Source: Candidatus Heimdallarchaeota archaeon
Lineage (GTDB): Archaea > Asgardarchaeota > Heimdallarchaeia > Hodarchaeales > Hodarchaeaceae
Length of the DNA: 64,000 nucleotides
Direction: 5' to 3'
NCBI GenBank assembly: GCA_020353515.1
Contig: CP070695.1
Coordinates: 1,419,216-1,483,215, forward strand
Under the pieces are notes generated by a model that saw only the letters and a program-made list of their open reading frames with translations, was not told where the DNA came from and ran no database searches. Below, piece after piece: positions 38,754 through 48,300 of this stretch; the stretch's first letter is position 1, and the number at the start of each line of letters is the position of its first letter. Both the position numbers and the translations under genes were made by a program.

Positions 38754-41189
38754 TTACAATCTATCATAGTAATCTTCTGGTTTGGGGGGAAGAGGGTGAT
38801 GAAAACCTTTACGCTTACGGGTTGCAATAACAAATTGTCGGGCTAATCCTCCACCTTCTTCTTCAGGTTTTGTTGGGTCTCCTGGTACTTTCTCCCAATG
38901 GTCAAATACCATTTGACTGAAAGCAAATCCAGAGGTTTCGGATCGCAATTCCGTTGTGATCCCAAATGATTCAGTAACAGGAACCTCCGCAATAATAATA
39001 TTTAGTGGGGTGCCTTCTCTTTTCTGAGTATCAATCACACGGCCCCTTCTTCTGGTGAGAACCTTATAGACATTCCCTAAGTATTGTTCAGGGACTTGAA
39101 CTTGAACCTTATAGATAGGTTCCAAGAGGATAGGTTCCGCCATTAACATGGCTCCAAAACAAGCTCTACGAGAGACTGGCATGACTTGTCCTGCGCCACG
39201 ATGGACTGGATCTTCGTGGAGCTTCACATCTTCGAGCATGAATCGTAATCCATAAAAAGGCTCACCACATAAAGGCCCCTCCTTAGCTGCCCAACGAAAA
39301 CCCTGGATAATGTAATCTTTCACTTCTCTGAGATATTGAACTCCCTTGGTAGCATCGATAAAGAAATTTGGATCATCTTCTTCAGGACCCATTCCCCAAA
39401 CCTTTCGTCCAGCTTTTGCTTCCCATCCTGCTTTGTCTCTAAGAAGCTGAGCCATTTCTTTGCGATCTGTATATTGGTGAATTTCTCCATTTTCAATTAG
39501 TTCGATAGCACCAGAATCTAGGGGTCCCGCACGAACCCATAATCGGTTATGTTTATTGGGTGACTTTGCTAAGGACTGTTGATATGATTCCCCTTGAACT
39601 GACTCCCGAAAAACAACAATAGGTTCACTTTGCATTACTTCAATGTGTTGAAGGTCTTGAAGGTCCTTCACCGCAATTTCAAGATGGAGTTCTCCAGTTC
39701 CAGAAAGTAAATACTCCCCTGTTTCTTCGTTGATTTTTGTCTTTAAGGAAGGATCGACCAACTCCATAAGCTGCATCCCTTCTGCCAGTTTTGGTAGCTC
39801 GCTTGGAGTTTTTGCTTCTATAGCAATGGTGACAACTGGTTCTACAGCGTAGGAAAGGGCATGGAATGGCATTACTGTTTCTAGACTAGTTATTGTGCTA
39901 CTAGCTGTAGCTCCGCGTAATCCCTGTAAAGCAACAATATTTCCTGCAGGAATTTCTTCAACCTTTTCTGTCTTTGCTCCCATGAGCATTGAAACCTGCT
40001 GTATATTGGTCGTAAATCGCCGTTCTTTGCCTCCTGGTTTATAACCTGGAAGTAATGCTGTAATTTTTTGACCAGCTTTTACTTTACCTGAAAAGATCCT
40101 ACCCATGGCAATTATTCGCTTTGCCTTACCTGGAATCATTTTAGACAATGCAATCATTACCGGTGCATCTTCGTTGCATTCTAACAGTCCCTTCCCTTCT
40201 TCTGTCTCAAAATCTCCCGTCCAGAAGCTTTTAAAGCGATATTCCTGTGCTGCTAGAGGTGATGGACAAAACTGAACCACCATATCCAATACAGCCTTTT
40301 CTACAGGTAGCCACTTTTCTAATAGAGCTTTTGCAATCCTTTTTGGTGGTTCTAGCCAGACAGTCTCATCTAATCGTAATTCTAATTGCTTTGCTACCTT
40401 TTTAAGAGAATCTAAATCATTATCTTCAGCTTTTTGATATATTTCATAAGTTGGTTTTAAAACACCATTTACAAAATTATTTTTCATCCAAAGGTTTTTG
40501 ATCAATTTATCAATTGGTTGTCCTGTTTTTTCATGCCAAATTTCAGCTAAAGCGGGAATCGTTAATCCAAAACGATGAATTGCCGAACCAAAAGCGACAG
40601 TACCTTGCCGAGGATCTACACGCCAAATTTTTTTGTATTCAGGAGGCGCATAAGTCTCAATTAAAACATTAAAGTCACTAATTATCGTCTTAAACTTTTC
40701 ATAAGCATCTTCAGGTGACATTCGCATTTCAGTAATTAATCGGTCAACTTTGTTGATAATCAAAACAGGACGAACTCGTTCTGCTAACGCTTGTTGGGTA
40801 ACAACTTCAGTTTGAACCATGACTCCCTCAACAGCGTCAACAAGCACCAGAGCGCCATCAACCACTCGTAAAGCTGAAGTAACTTCTCCAGAAAAATCAA
40901 CGTGTCCAGGGGTATCTTGAAGATTTATAAGGAAAGTTTTTTGATCAAATTCATGGATAAGGGATATTCCAGTGGTTTTAATGGTAATCCCGCGTTCTTG
41001 TTCATCATCCCGCGTATCAGTAGCTCGTGCTTCTCCAGCAATTTTTTCTGCCAGAAGACCGCAGGCCGCAAGAAGAGAATCAGTGAGTGTGCTTTTCCCA
41101 TGATCTATATGAGCGATCACGCCGAGATTACGTACTAAATCTCGATTGTAAAGTAATTTTTGGGCTTCTTCAACTGTGAATTTCGGCAT
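38754..41189 (-). CDS. fusA: Translation elongation factor aEF-2, 811 aa
   Basis: AHIDHGKSTL, RGITIK, DTPGHVDF, NKVD, GTGELHLEI, SPNKHN, diphthamide-site motif HEDPVHRGAGQ. Confidence 0.97.
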   Translation of the reverse strand: MPKFTVEEAQKLLYNRDLVRNLGVIAHIDHGKSTLTDSLLAACGLLAEKIAGEARATDTRDDEQERGITIKTTGISLIHEFDQKTFLINLQDTPGHVDFSGEVTSALRVVDGALVLVDAVEGVMVQTEVVTQQALAERVRPVLIINKVDRLITEMRMSPEDAYEKFKTIISDFNVLIETYAPPEYKKIWRVDPRQGTVAFGSAIHRFGLTIPALAEIWHEKTGQPIDKLIKNLWMKNNFVNGVLKPTYEIYQKAEDNDLDSLKKVAKQLELRLDETVWLEPPKRIAKALLEKWLPVEKAVLDMVVQFCPSPLAAQEYRFKSFWTGDFETEEGKGLLECNEDAPVMIALSKMIPGKAKRIIAMGRIFSGKVKAGQKITALLPGYKPGGKERRFTTNIQQVSMLMGAKTEKVEEIPAGNIVALQGLRGATASSTITSLETVMPFHALSYAVEPVVTIAIEAKTPSELPKLAEGMQLMELVDPSLKTKINEETGEYLLSGTGELHLEIAVKDLQDLQHIEVMQSEPIVVFRESVQGESYQQSLAKSPNKHNRLWVRAGPLDSGAIELIENGEIHQYTDRKEMAQLLRDKAGWEAKAGRKVWGMGPEEDDPNFFIDATKGVQYLREVKDYIIQGFRWAAKEGPLCGEPFYGLRFMLEDVKLHEDPVHRGAGQVMPVSRRACFGAMLMAEPILLEPIYKVQVQVPEQYLGNVYKVLTRRRGRVIDTQKREGTPLNIIIAEVPVTESFGITTELRSETSGFAFSQMVFDHWEKVPGDPTKPEEEGGGLARQFVIATRKRKGFHHPLPPKPEDYYDRL

Positions 41190-41462
41190 TTATATTGTCT
41201 CCAAAAAATCAGACTAAATGATATTATTTCCATTTTAGTTTATGGAAATGCTACCTTTCCTCAGATAATAAGTAATTTACCTCTTAAAAGTGGTTATATC
41301 TTTATTTAGAGTGTTTCAAGAATTACATATTTGAACTTCGATTATTACGATTATTAACATGACATTTTCTACAATAGTCAATTGACTTTCACTTATATCC
41401 ACTTTTTTTCAGGAGTCTTTTTTCAAAGAAGAAATTATCAACCATTATAGAATGACTATCAA

Positions 41463-41813
41463 TTGAATCGTTTTGATCCTTCCAAACAATTTGCTTATGA
41501 TTCATTCATTAAAGTCGCTCCTGAGGATGTAATTTTCAAGACCGATCAATTAACTGCCTTCAATATCCCAAAAAAATTGTGAAATGTAATGATTGAAAAG
41601 GACAAAGTCAATGCTATCCTTCGTGAATTTCAAGACATTTTAAAGAAGTACCGTCCCAACACCTCGGAATTACAGTTAATAAATTCAAAAATTTCGCAAA
41701 TGACGGCAAGAAATATTGAAAAACAATTTGGAAAAACAACTTCCTCGCCACGACGAAAGCCCCCTGCCCCTAAACCAGTTAAGAAAAAATGGCATAAGAT
41801 AAAAATCGATTAA
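41463..41813 (+). pseudogene. Probable gene remnant with an in-frame TGA at 41580, upstream of a 74-aa basic ORF
   Basis: The frame of ORF 41589..41813 is open back to 41451 except for one TGA (…NIPKKL*NVMIEK…). Confidence 0.35.
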
Positions 41814-41918
41814 TTCCTTGTTGTGATAAATTCTGTATACTTCTATTTAGAACACAATTTTTTTTAAACTACCAAAATGGGAGTCCACACTATCTTCTAA
41901 ATTATTTGCTGGATTGTT

Positions 41919-42593
41919 ATGGCTAAAATTAGAGTTAAAATTATGTTACATCTCTATGCCATCCCCATTCTCCTTACTTTCTTTCATCTTTGCTACCGTA
42001 TTAAAATCTGGGGAAAAAAATATGTTCCTGCAAGGGGTTGGAATAATAAAGGAATCATTATTATGGCAAATCACCGATCTCTTCTGGATCCTTTTTTAAT
42101 CGGTTTAACAGCTTTTCCTAGATTTTACAAGCCCTTTTTTTATCCTGCAGATGCTAAATTGTGGAAACTCTCCCTATTCCGACCAATCCTGCATGGTATG
42201 AATTGTTTTCCAGTTTTTAAAGGTTCGAAAAAAATGGATATAATAAAATATCACATTGCAGTAGTAAAAAACGGAGGATCGGTTTGTTACTTCCCTGAAG
42301 GAGCTCGAACTAAGGATGGCAAACTACAACCTGGGAAGTTAGGAGCAGGTCTAATAGCTCATTCTACTCGTGCTTTGGTCATTCCGTGCGCTGTTCAGAA
42401 TACTGATATTGCTATGCCAGTAGGAAAACCATTAACATTGGGAGGGGGCCCAAGAAAAATTACATTAAAAGTGAAATTTGGGCCTCCGCTTGATTTAAGG
42501 AAGTTCTATAAACTTCCAAGCTCTAAAGAAACATCCCAACAGATTAGTGATTACATAATGGGGAAGATTGCAGAGTTAATGGAAACGATTTAA
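41919..42593 (+). CDS. plsC: Lysophospholipid / 1-acyl-sn-glycerol-3-phosphate acyltransferase (PlsC family)
   Basis: NHRSLLD (HxxxxD), FPV, FPEGART, VIPCA, FGPP. Confidence 0.9.
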   Translation: MAKIRVKIMLHLYAIPILLTFFHLCYRIKIWGKKYVPARGWNNKGIIIMANHRSLLDPFLIGLTAFPRFYKPFFYPADAKLWKLSLFRPILHGMNCFPVFKGSKKMDIIKYHIAVVKNGGSVCYFPEGARTKDGKLQPGKLGAGLIAHSTRALVIPCAVQNTDIAMPVGKPLTLGGGPRKITLKVKFGPPLDLRKFYKLPSSKETSQQISDYIMGKIAELMETI

Positions 42594-42609
42594 TCAGGAG
42601 AATTTTAAA

Positions 42610-43773
42610 TTGGTTCGTTTTGTGACAAAAGAGAAATTAAGCTATTTATACGATGAACTGGAAAATTCTGGGATTGATATCCTATATCTTACTGATTGGG
42701 AAGAAAACCGAAATGTGAATGTAAAATATCTTTCAGGTATTCCTGAGGATGCTAACTTATTCATCGATGTTCAGAATCAACAAACAGTACTCATTCCGCG
42801 AGATTTTCAGTTAGCTGAAGAGTATGCAGAAGCGGATCAGTTAATAAATACAGCAGAATTTGAGGGTGGAGTGGATCCTGCGACATCTGAAACTCTCAAG
42901 CAAATTTCAAGCTCTCACCCTAAAATTGGCGTTCTTAAGGAAATTCCATATCATCGTGTTAAAACCATTCTTGATCAAGTACCAGATGCCGAAATAGTGT
43001 TTAATCCGAAGAAGATTGATACCTTACTAAACAGCCTTCGAGCAACCAAGTCTTCTTACGAGATTGCCTTATTAAAAAAATCAATAAAGATTAGTAACCA
43101 ACTTGTAGATGAAATAGAGGATCTCCTAACCACTGAAAACGAAATTAAGAGTGAAATTGACCTAGCGATTTTTGTAGAAACCCAGATGCGTAGGTTGGGT
43201 GCTCAAGGAATCGGATTTGAGACTATGGTGGCAAGTAGTGCCCGATCGTGGCAGATCCATACCTATCCACGTGTGGATCCAGAATTACCACTTTGTCGTC
43301 CTGGTTTAGCACTGATTGATTTTGGTGTTGATGCAGAAGGGTATACTTCCGACGTTACACTACCATTTGTCATGGGGATCATGAATAAGAAAATGAAAAC
43401 GATAGTAGAAACAGTGCAACAGGCTCACGATGAGGCAATTGACGCCCTTAAAGACAATCATTTTCTCCATGATGTAGCAGAAGTCGCATTCAATATAATT
43501 GAAGCAGCAGGTTTCAAAATGCCCCATGGATTAGGCCATGGTATAGGATTAACAGTTCATGATTCCCCATTTATTAGACGAAAGTCTACTAATGAACTTT
43601 CACTGAAAAATTGGGTCGATATAGAATTAGAAGAAGGTATGGTCTTTACAGTTGAACCAGGGATCTATGAAAAGGATGTAGGTGGATTTCGTCTCGAAAA
43701 TGATATTATTATAACAACAAAAGGCGCCGAGGTTGTTACAAATTCTCATCCAATTTTTATCGGTTTATCTTAA
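42610..43773 (+). CDS. Xaa-Pro aminopeptidase (M24B)
   Basis: IDFG, YTSDVT, HGLGHGIGLTVHD, FTVEPGIY, RLEND. Confidence 0.93.
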   Translation: MVRFVTKEKLSYLYDELENSGIDILYLTDWEENRNVNVKYLSGIPEDANLFIDVQNQQTVLIPRDFQLAEEYAEADQLINTAEFEGGVDPATSETLKQISSSHPKIGVLKEIPYHRVKTILDQVPDAEIVFNPKKIDTLLNSLRATKSSYEIALLKKSIKISNQLVDEIEDLLTTENEIKSEIDLAIFVETQMRRLGAQGIGFETMVASSARSWQIHTYPRVDPELPLCRPGLALIDFGVDAEGYTSDVTLPFVMGIMNKKMKTIVETVQQAHDEAIDALKDNHFLHDVAEVAFNIIEAAGFKMPHGLGHGIGLTVHDSPFIRRKSTNELSLKNWVDIELEEGMVFTVEPGIYEKDVGGFRLENDIIITTKGAEVVTNSHPIFIGLS

Positions 43774-43844
43774 AGAATGAAACTTTTTCGTATATTTGTT
43801 ATTTAAAGAAAAGGCTTGCTTCTTTCATGATTAATTGACTGTTA

Positions 43845-44390
43845 TTAACTTGGAGTAATGAAATCTCCAAGATATTGTCTTTGATTCTTATCACAGAATA
43901 CAATAGAAAGGTTCCAATCTGAAACAAACGTAACCCCACTTAATACGATTTTAAAATCATAATTTTGAATTTGATTTAACATTTTTATTTGATTAGGAGA
44001 AAAAGAAAACTGAAAAGGTGACCATGTATTTATCCCTGTTCGTGACTTTACTTCAATAACATATCCCTTTAGCCAGGGTAAATTGTTTTTTGCTTTTAAA
44101 AATCGAGTTAATCCTTCTTTTTCAGAAAAATACTGGTAAATAATTTCTTCAGGTTTGAATTCATTTTCTCTATGATAAGGAGCTATCCCAAGAAAATCCA
44201 TTGTTTGTTGGTTTTTTCGTATGAAATCGACATATCTCCCCACAATTGACGCTTTATCTAGATATTTCAGTACTGTTGAAGGACGAACAATTAAAATTGG
44301 GAAGCGTTGAGTAAGTATATAGCGTGTAAATTCTTCTGCGATTAAACCTCTAAGGACTGTATTTTCTCCCGTTAAAAGATTGTAAAGCAT
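43845..44390 (-). CDS. Putative PD-(D/E)xK nuclease-fold protein
   Basis: GLIAEE helix, MDFLG, YVIEVKS, FSPNQ. Confidence 0.6.
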   Translation of the reverse strand: MLYNLLTGENTVLRGLIAEEFTRYILTQRFPILIVRPSTVLKYLDKASIVGRYVDFIRKNQQTMDFLGIAPYHRENEFKPEEIIYQYFSEKEGLTRFLKAKNNLPWLKGYVIEVKSRTGINTWSPFQFSFSPNQIKMLNQIQNYDFKIVLSGVTFVSDWNLSIVFCDKNQRQYLGDFITPS

Positions 44391-44400
44391 GAATTAAACC

Positions 44401-45189
44401 TCAAATATTTTCTTTTCGTATGATAACCGTTCCAGTAAGGAGATTCACCCTTTTAGAATCAGAAATCTCTAAAACTAGCTGTCCATTAGAAGAAATATCA
44501 GCTACTTTTCCCTGATAATCCATCTCAGGACTTTGAACAACTACATTCATTCCAATGATATTATCCCTATTTTTCCATTCTTCGAGAATCGATTGAGATC
44601 CGTCGAGTTTCAAACGTTCGAAGGAATTTTCAATTTGATGAATGATTTCAAACAACAACCTACTGAGATTGATTTTTCTTCTCAATTCCTCATAGATAGT
44701 TGTGATTTGTTCTTGAAGCAACTTGGAATACTGATCTATTGTATTGTTAACGTTCAAACCTATTCCAATAACTAGATAATTTAATTTAAATTGTGTAATC
44801 TTTCCCTCGACCAATATACCACCGATCTTTTTTAGATTCTGTTTAAATAATATGTCATTTGGCCACTTAAGTAGAGGTTTTATATCAAAAGTTTCTAATG
44901 CCTTGGCAATTCCTACAGCTGAAAGAATGGGAACGAGTCCTAATTGTGATAGTTCAATTTGAGGTTGAATAGCTAATGAAGACCACAATCCTCCTTGAGG
45001 CGACTCCCAATTCTTTCCTCCTTGTCCTTTACCAGCAGATTGTCTCTCTGCTGTAATAACAAACCCGATTTCATTTCTCTCTTCAATGATTTTTTTGGCA
45101 ATAACGTTGGTTGAGCTCACCTCAGAGTACATGTAGACTTTTGAGCAGAAATCAGAACGTATTATAGTCTGTTTAATTAAATCTGCCAA
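44401..45189 (-). CDS. birA: Biotin-protein ligase (class I, no HTH)
   Basis: SSTN, AERQSAGKGQGGKNWESP, KWPND, KIGGILVE, IGIGLN, C-terminal SH3-like domain. Confidence 0.93.
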   Translation of the reverse strand: MADLIKQTIIRSDFCSKVYMYSEVSSTNVIAKKIIEERNEIGFVITAERQSAGKGQGGKNWESPQGGLWSSLAIQPQIELSQLGLVPILSAVGIAKALETFDIKPLLKWPNDILFKQNLKKIGGILVEGKITQFKLNYLVIGIGLNVNNTIDQYSKLLQEQITTIYEELRRKINLSRLLFEIIHQIENSFERLKLDGSQSILEEWKNRDNIIGMNVVVQSPEMDYQGKVADISSNGQLVLEISDSKRVNLLTGTVIIRKENI

Positions 45190-45261
45190 TTTTAATCTAA
45201 TCCAAAGTTAAACATATTGAATAAAAACCTTAGATTATTACAGCAAGAATCTTTGGAGAGC

Positions 45262-45714
45262 TTATTCTGTGAAGAAACCCTTGCTTTTGTATATAATAAA
45301 AGTAGCTACTCCGATTAGTGTCAACGCTAAAGTCATAGCAGAAAAATATCTTTGTGTCGGATCTAAATTAGAAAAATCTGGTGGAAAAAGTGGTTCTATG
45401 AGAAAAAAGATGAAAAAACCACAGATAAAAATTATAAATAGAATAAGTGAAGAAGTTGTCACACTTTTCAAGGTAGGTGTAGTTGAGTCGTTCCAATCCT
45501 CTGCAAGTGAACAAGCTATTGTAGCAAGGATAACACTCGAACCAAAAATGGTTCCAATGATAGCTAAGAAATATTGTTCGAAATCAATTGTAAGTAAGGT
45601 CAAAGTAAAGAAAGTTGGGGGAAATTGAGCGAGTAATCCCCAACCAAGTGCAGCGGCGATTAGCCCTAATCCCTCTAATCGTGACCAAGAGAATTGAACA
45701 ATTGCTGTCATCAA
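45262..45714 (-). CDS. Hypothetical membrane protein (about 4 TM helices)
   Basis: Alternating hydrophobic segments; co-oriented with its neighbours. Confidence 0.65.
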   Translation of the reverse strand: MMTAIVQFSWSRLEGLGLIAAALGWGLLAQFPPTFFTLTLLTIDFEQYFLAIIGTIFGSSVILATIACSLAEDWNDSTTPTLKSVTTSSLILFIIFICGFFIFFLIEPLFPPDFSNLDPTQRYFSAMTLALTLIGVATFIIYKSKGFFTE

Positions 45715-45722
45715 TGATAACC

Positions 45723-46064
45723 TTATCTGCGTTTAAAAGTTATTTTACTTTCACGTTGTGTTTTGGTTAATTGTTGTAAGAGTTGACGTAATTGATCATC
45801 AGTAATTTTGTCTGTTACTCGTCTGGTTTGAGCAAGTTGAATTAGTTGGTTTTCTAAAGTCATTGCATATTCGGGTTTAGCAAGTTTGATGTTTGCAAGT
45901 CTTTCTCTTGCCTCATTTGTCAAAATCCCTTTTAGTATGGCTTGTCTTTGATTCTCGATTTGACGTTGTTGTTCTTCTAATCGTTGCTGAGCAATTTGTT
46001 CATTTTGCATTTCTGCGAGGCGTTTTTTACGGAGAGCTGCCAATTCAGGATCTTCTTCCGCCAT
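45723..46064 (-). CDS. PDCD5-family DNA-binding protein
   Basis: DPELAALRKKRLAE, ILTNEARERLANIKLAKPE, ENQLIQLAQ, KITFKRR; sits next to eS19. Confidence 0.95.
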   Translation of the reverse strand: MAEEDPELAALRKKRLAEMQNEQIAQQRLEEQQRQIENQRQAILKGILTNEARERLANIKLAKPEYAMTLENQLIQLAQTRRVTDKITDDQLRQLLQQLTKTQRESKITFKRR

Positions 46065-46113
46065 TGATAGTAAACCTCATTCTTACATATACTTAAATTT
46101 AAACTCTCTTCAA

Positions 46114-46557
46114 TTAATATTCTGATAGTTCAGGAAGCTCTTGTTTGACTTTATAAGCCATGCTGTCTACAAAACTTCGACCAGTTGGAGTCACTATCCT
46201 TCCATTAGTAGATAATGAAACATAACCTCCCTTTTCTAGTTGATGAATTGCATGACGAATAACGGCACCAGAACCTTTAAATGTTTTCTCCGGTTTACTT
46301 CCTCGATTTTTTCTACCTCCATACATCTTTCTTATGTGTATCACTCCTATAGGTCCATGTAAATAGATTTTTCTCAAAATCGAGGCTACACGAATGAACC
46401 ACCAGTCTTTTCTCTGTTCTGGCGCATTTTCTTGAGCAACACCCAGTTTGACAAAGTCAGCCCATTCTGGTGGTTTAAAGACCTTATCATTTGACCTTAG
46501 TTCCTCGGAAATTGCTTCAATTAATAACTTACTAGGTACCATTTGCGCTGTTACCAT
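46114..46557 (-). CDS. rps19e: Ribosomal protein eS19
   Basis: PPEWADFVK, WWFIRVASILRKIY, YGGRKNRG, GSGAVIR. Confidence 0.97.
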   Translation of the reverse strand: MVTAQMVPSKLLIEAISEELRSNDKVFKPPEWADFVKLGVAQENAPEQRKDWWFIRVASILRKIYLHGPIGVIHIRKMYGGRKNRGSKPEKTFKGSGAVIRHAIHQLEKGGYVSLSTNGRIVTPTGRSFVDSMAYKVKQELPELSEY

Positions 46558-46821
46558 TGCTTTTTCTCCTTTGGTGTTGCTTTTAACTATCATATTTTAA
46601 ATATTTTTAATCCATTGAATATAGTTCTGCCTTAATTCTTCCTTTAAATCAACTAGAAAGGGCTTCGTTAATCCTTTTAGTGTTTTTTATTTGATAGGAT
46701 CAGCAAGACTTGAGAAGAAAAAACACAAAAGATATTATAATTTTACCTCTTTCTTGAAAATTTCAACTTTTAATGGAGTTTTTCGCCCAATAAGAGTAAT
46801 TCAAACGTCGAGGAAGATAGT

Positions 46822-48009
46822 GTGCCTTATAAATATAAATATATCTTTGTTTACGCCTTGATATGTGTTATATTCAGTCTTAATCATGTGATAGCGATAG
46901 GAGCTGCAGAACCCTTTATTGATGATCCAATTGTTGTCCTATTTGATGAAGGCCACGGACAATATTTTGATCGTTCATTATATAGTCAAGCCATTTCTGA
47001 TTTACAAGTCAGCAAATCAATGAAGGTAGTTTTTAACACTGGAAAGATTAATAGTACTAGTTTAGAAGGAATAGATATTTTTGTTGCTACAAATCCTCAA
47101 CTAGAATATACAAGAGAGGAAAGTAAATTTGTGAGTAGATTCCTTAACGAAGGTAAGGGCTTACTTCTTTTAGCTAACCCGCTAAATGAAGATAATGAGA
47201 CCTTGAATGGCAGGGGAGATATTATTAACGATTTTATAGGGTATCTTGAGAGCGGATTTCTTTTGGGGAAATTCTGGGAATTTTACAAAGTTGTTGAAGA
47301 TATCAGGCCAGCTGATATTGTTGTCAATGAATTTACTAATGCAGGAGAACCCTATTATCTACATCTCGATGTTAATAGTTCTAGTCACGAAATTCTATCA
47401 ATAGATAAAAATATAACTTCTATTGTCACACATACCTGTTCGATTGAGGATGCAGCCTTTCCAGTATTAACAGCTTCGACTGAGGCCTCAACTAGATCAA
47501 TCTCAGGAGAACCTGGTTCTACTACCTTAATTGATGGCAAATTATTATTAATGGGAACTACTGGGCCTGAAATAGAAACAGGTGCACAAGTCATTGTAGG
47601 AGGATCAAGTATTATGTTTAGTGATTTAGAAGGGCCTTTCGAAAATTATTCATGGTATGAAAGCGAAAACAACTCATACTTTTGGTGGAATATCTTTGAT
47701 TGGCTAGCTGCAACAAGCCCTGAAACCCCTACTCATCCACCTCTCCCTCCAGAAGTATTACTTCAAATTTTTCTGCTAATAGTTGGTGTTTCCTCTCTCT
47801 TTTTACTGGGAGGAACGTTATCTTATTCTATAGGATCAGGACGAAAAATTTCACTTGTAAAATCGGGCCAAGCTGAAATTCCAATTCGAAAAACTGTTGA
47901 TATTGATACAGAGCCCAGTACTGTACAATCCGGCCCAACTTCTAAGGAATCAAGACGTGATCGACGTCTTAAACAAATCAAGAAACATCAGCGACAAAGA
48001 AAAAGGTAG
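46822..48009 (+). CDS. Membrane-anchored GIFT/DUF4350-like extracellular protein
   Basis: Signal peptide, VLFDEGHGQ, FLNEGKGLLLL, VIVGGSSIMFSD, NIFDWL, C-terminal TM and basic tail. Confidence 0.7.
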   Translation: MPYKYKYIFVYALICVIFSLNHVIAIGAAEPFIDDPIVVLFDEGHGQYFDRSLYSQAISDLQVSKSMKVVFNTGKINSTSLEGIDIFVATNPQLEYTREESKFVSRFLNEGKGLLLLANPLNEDNETLNGRGDIINDFIGYLESGFLLGKFWEFYKVVEDIRPADIVVNEFTNAGEPYYLHLDVNSSSHEILSIDKNITSIVTHTCSIEDAAFPVLTASTEASTRSISGEPGSTTLIDGKLLLMGTTGPEIETGAQVIVGGSSIMFSDLEGPFENYSWYESENNSYFWWNIFDWLAATSPETPTHPPLPPEVLLQIFLLIVGVSSLFLLGGTLSYSIGSGRKISLVKSGQAEIPIRKTVDIDTEPSTVQSGPTSKESRRDRRLKQIKKHQRQRKR

Positions 48010-48020
48010 GAGGTTATTCC

Positions 48021-48272
48021 TTGGGTCGAAAACGAAAAAGAATTGTCCGTACAAAGCCTATACCAACTCTTCCAATTGTATTTGATTGTCCTTTGTGTGG
48101 TACAGGAAAATCAATCAACATTGAAGTTAATAGGAAAATTAAAACAGCTGTAATTCGATGTGGAAAGTGTAAAGTGCAAGTAACACGACCAATACGTCCC
48201 ATAGAAGAACGGGTTGATGTCTTTGGTGACTGGCTAGATGACCTTTTAGCAGAAGAAAATGAATCCGAATGA
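48021..48272 (+). CDS. elf1: Transcription elongation factor Elf1
   Basis: MGRKRKR, LPIVFDCPLC...CGKC, VDVFGDWLD. Confidence 0.9.
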   Translation: MGRKRKRIVRTKPIPTLPIVFDCPLCGTGKSINIEVNRKIKTAVIRCGKCKVQVTRPIRPIEERVDVFGDWLDDLLAEENESE

Positions 48273-48300
48273 ATAGAAAAGTAATGAAAACTTAGTTGTA

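Noticed and set aside
41570-41590. Selenocysteine recoding of the in-frame TGA
   Set aside because: No redox motif context, no recognisable SECIS, and the upstream region also looks frameshifted; decay is simpler.
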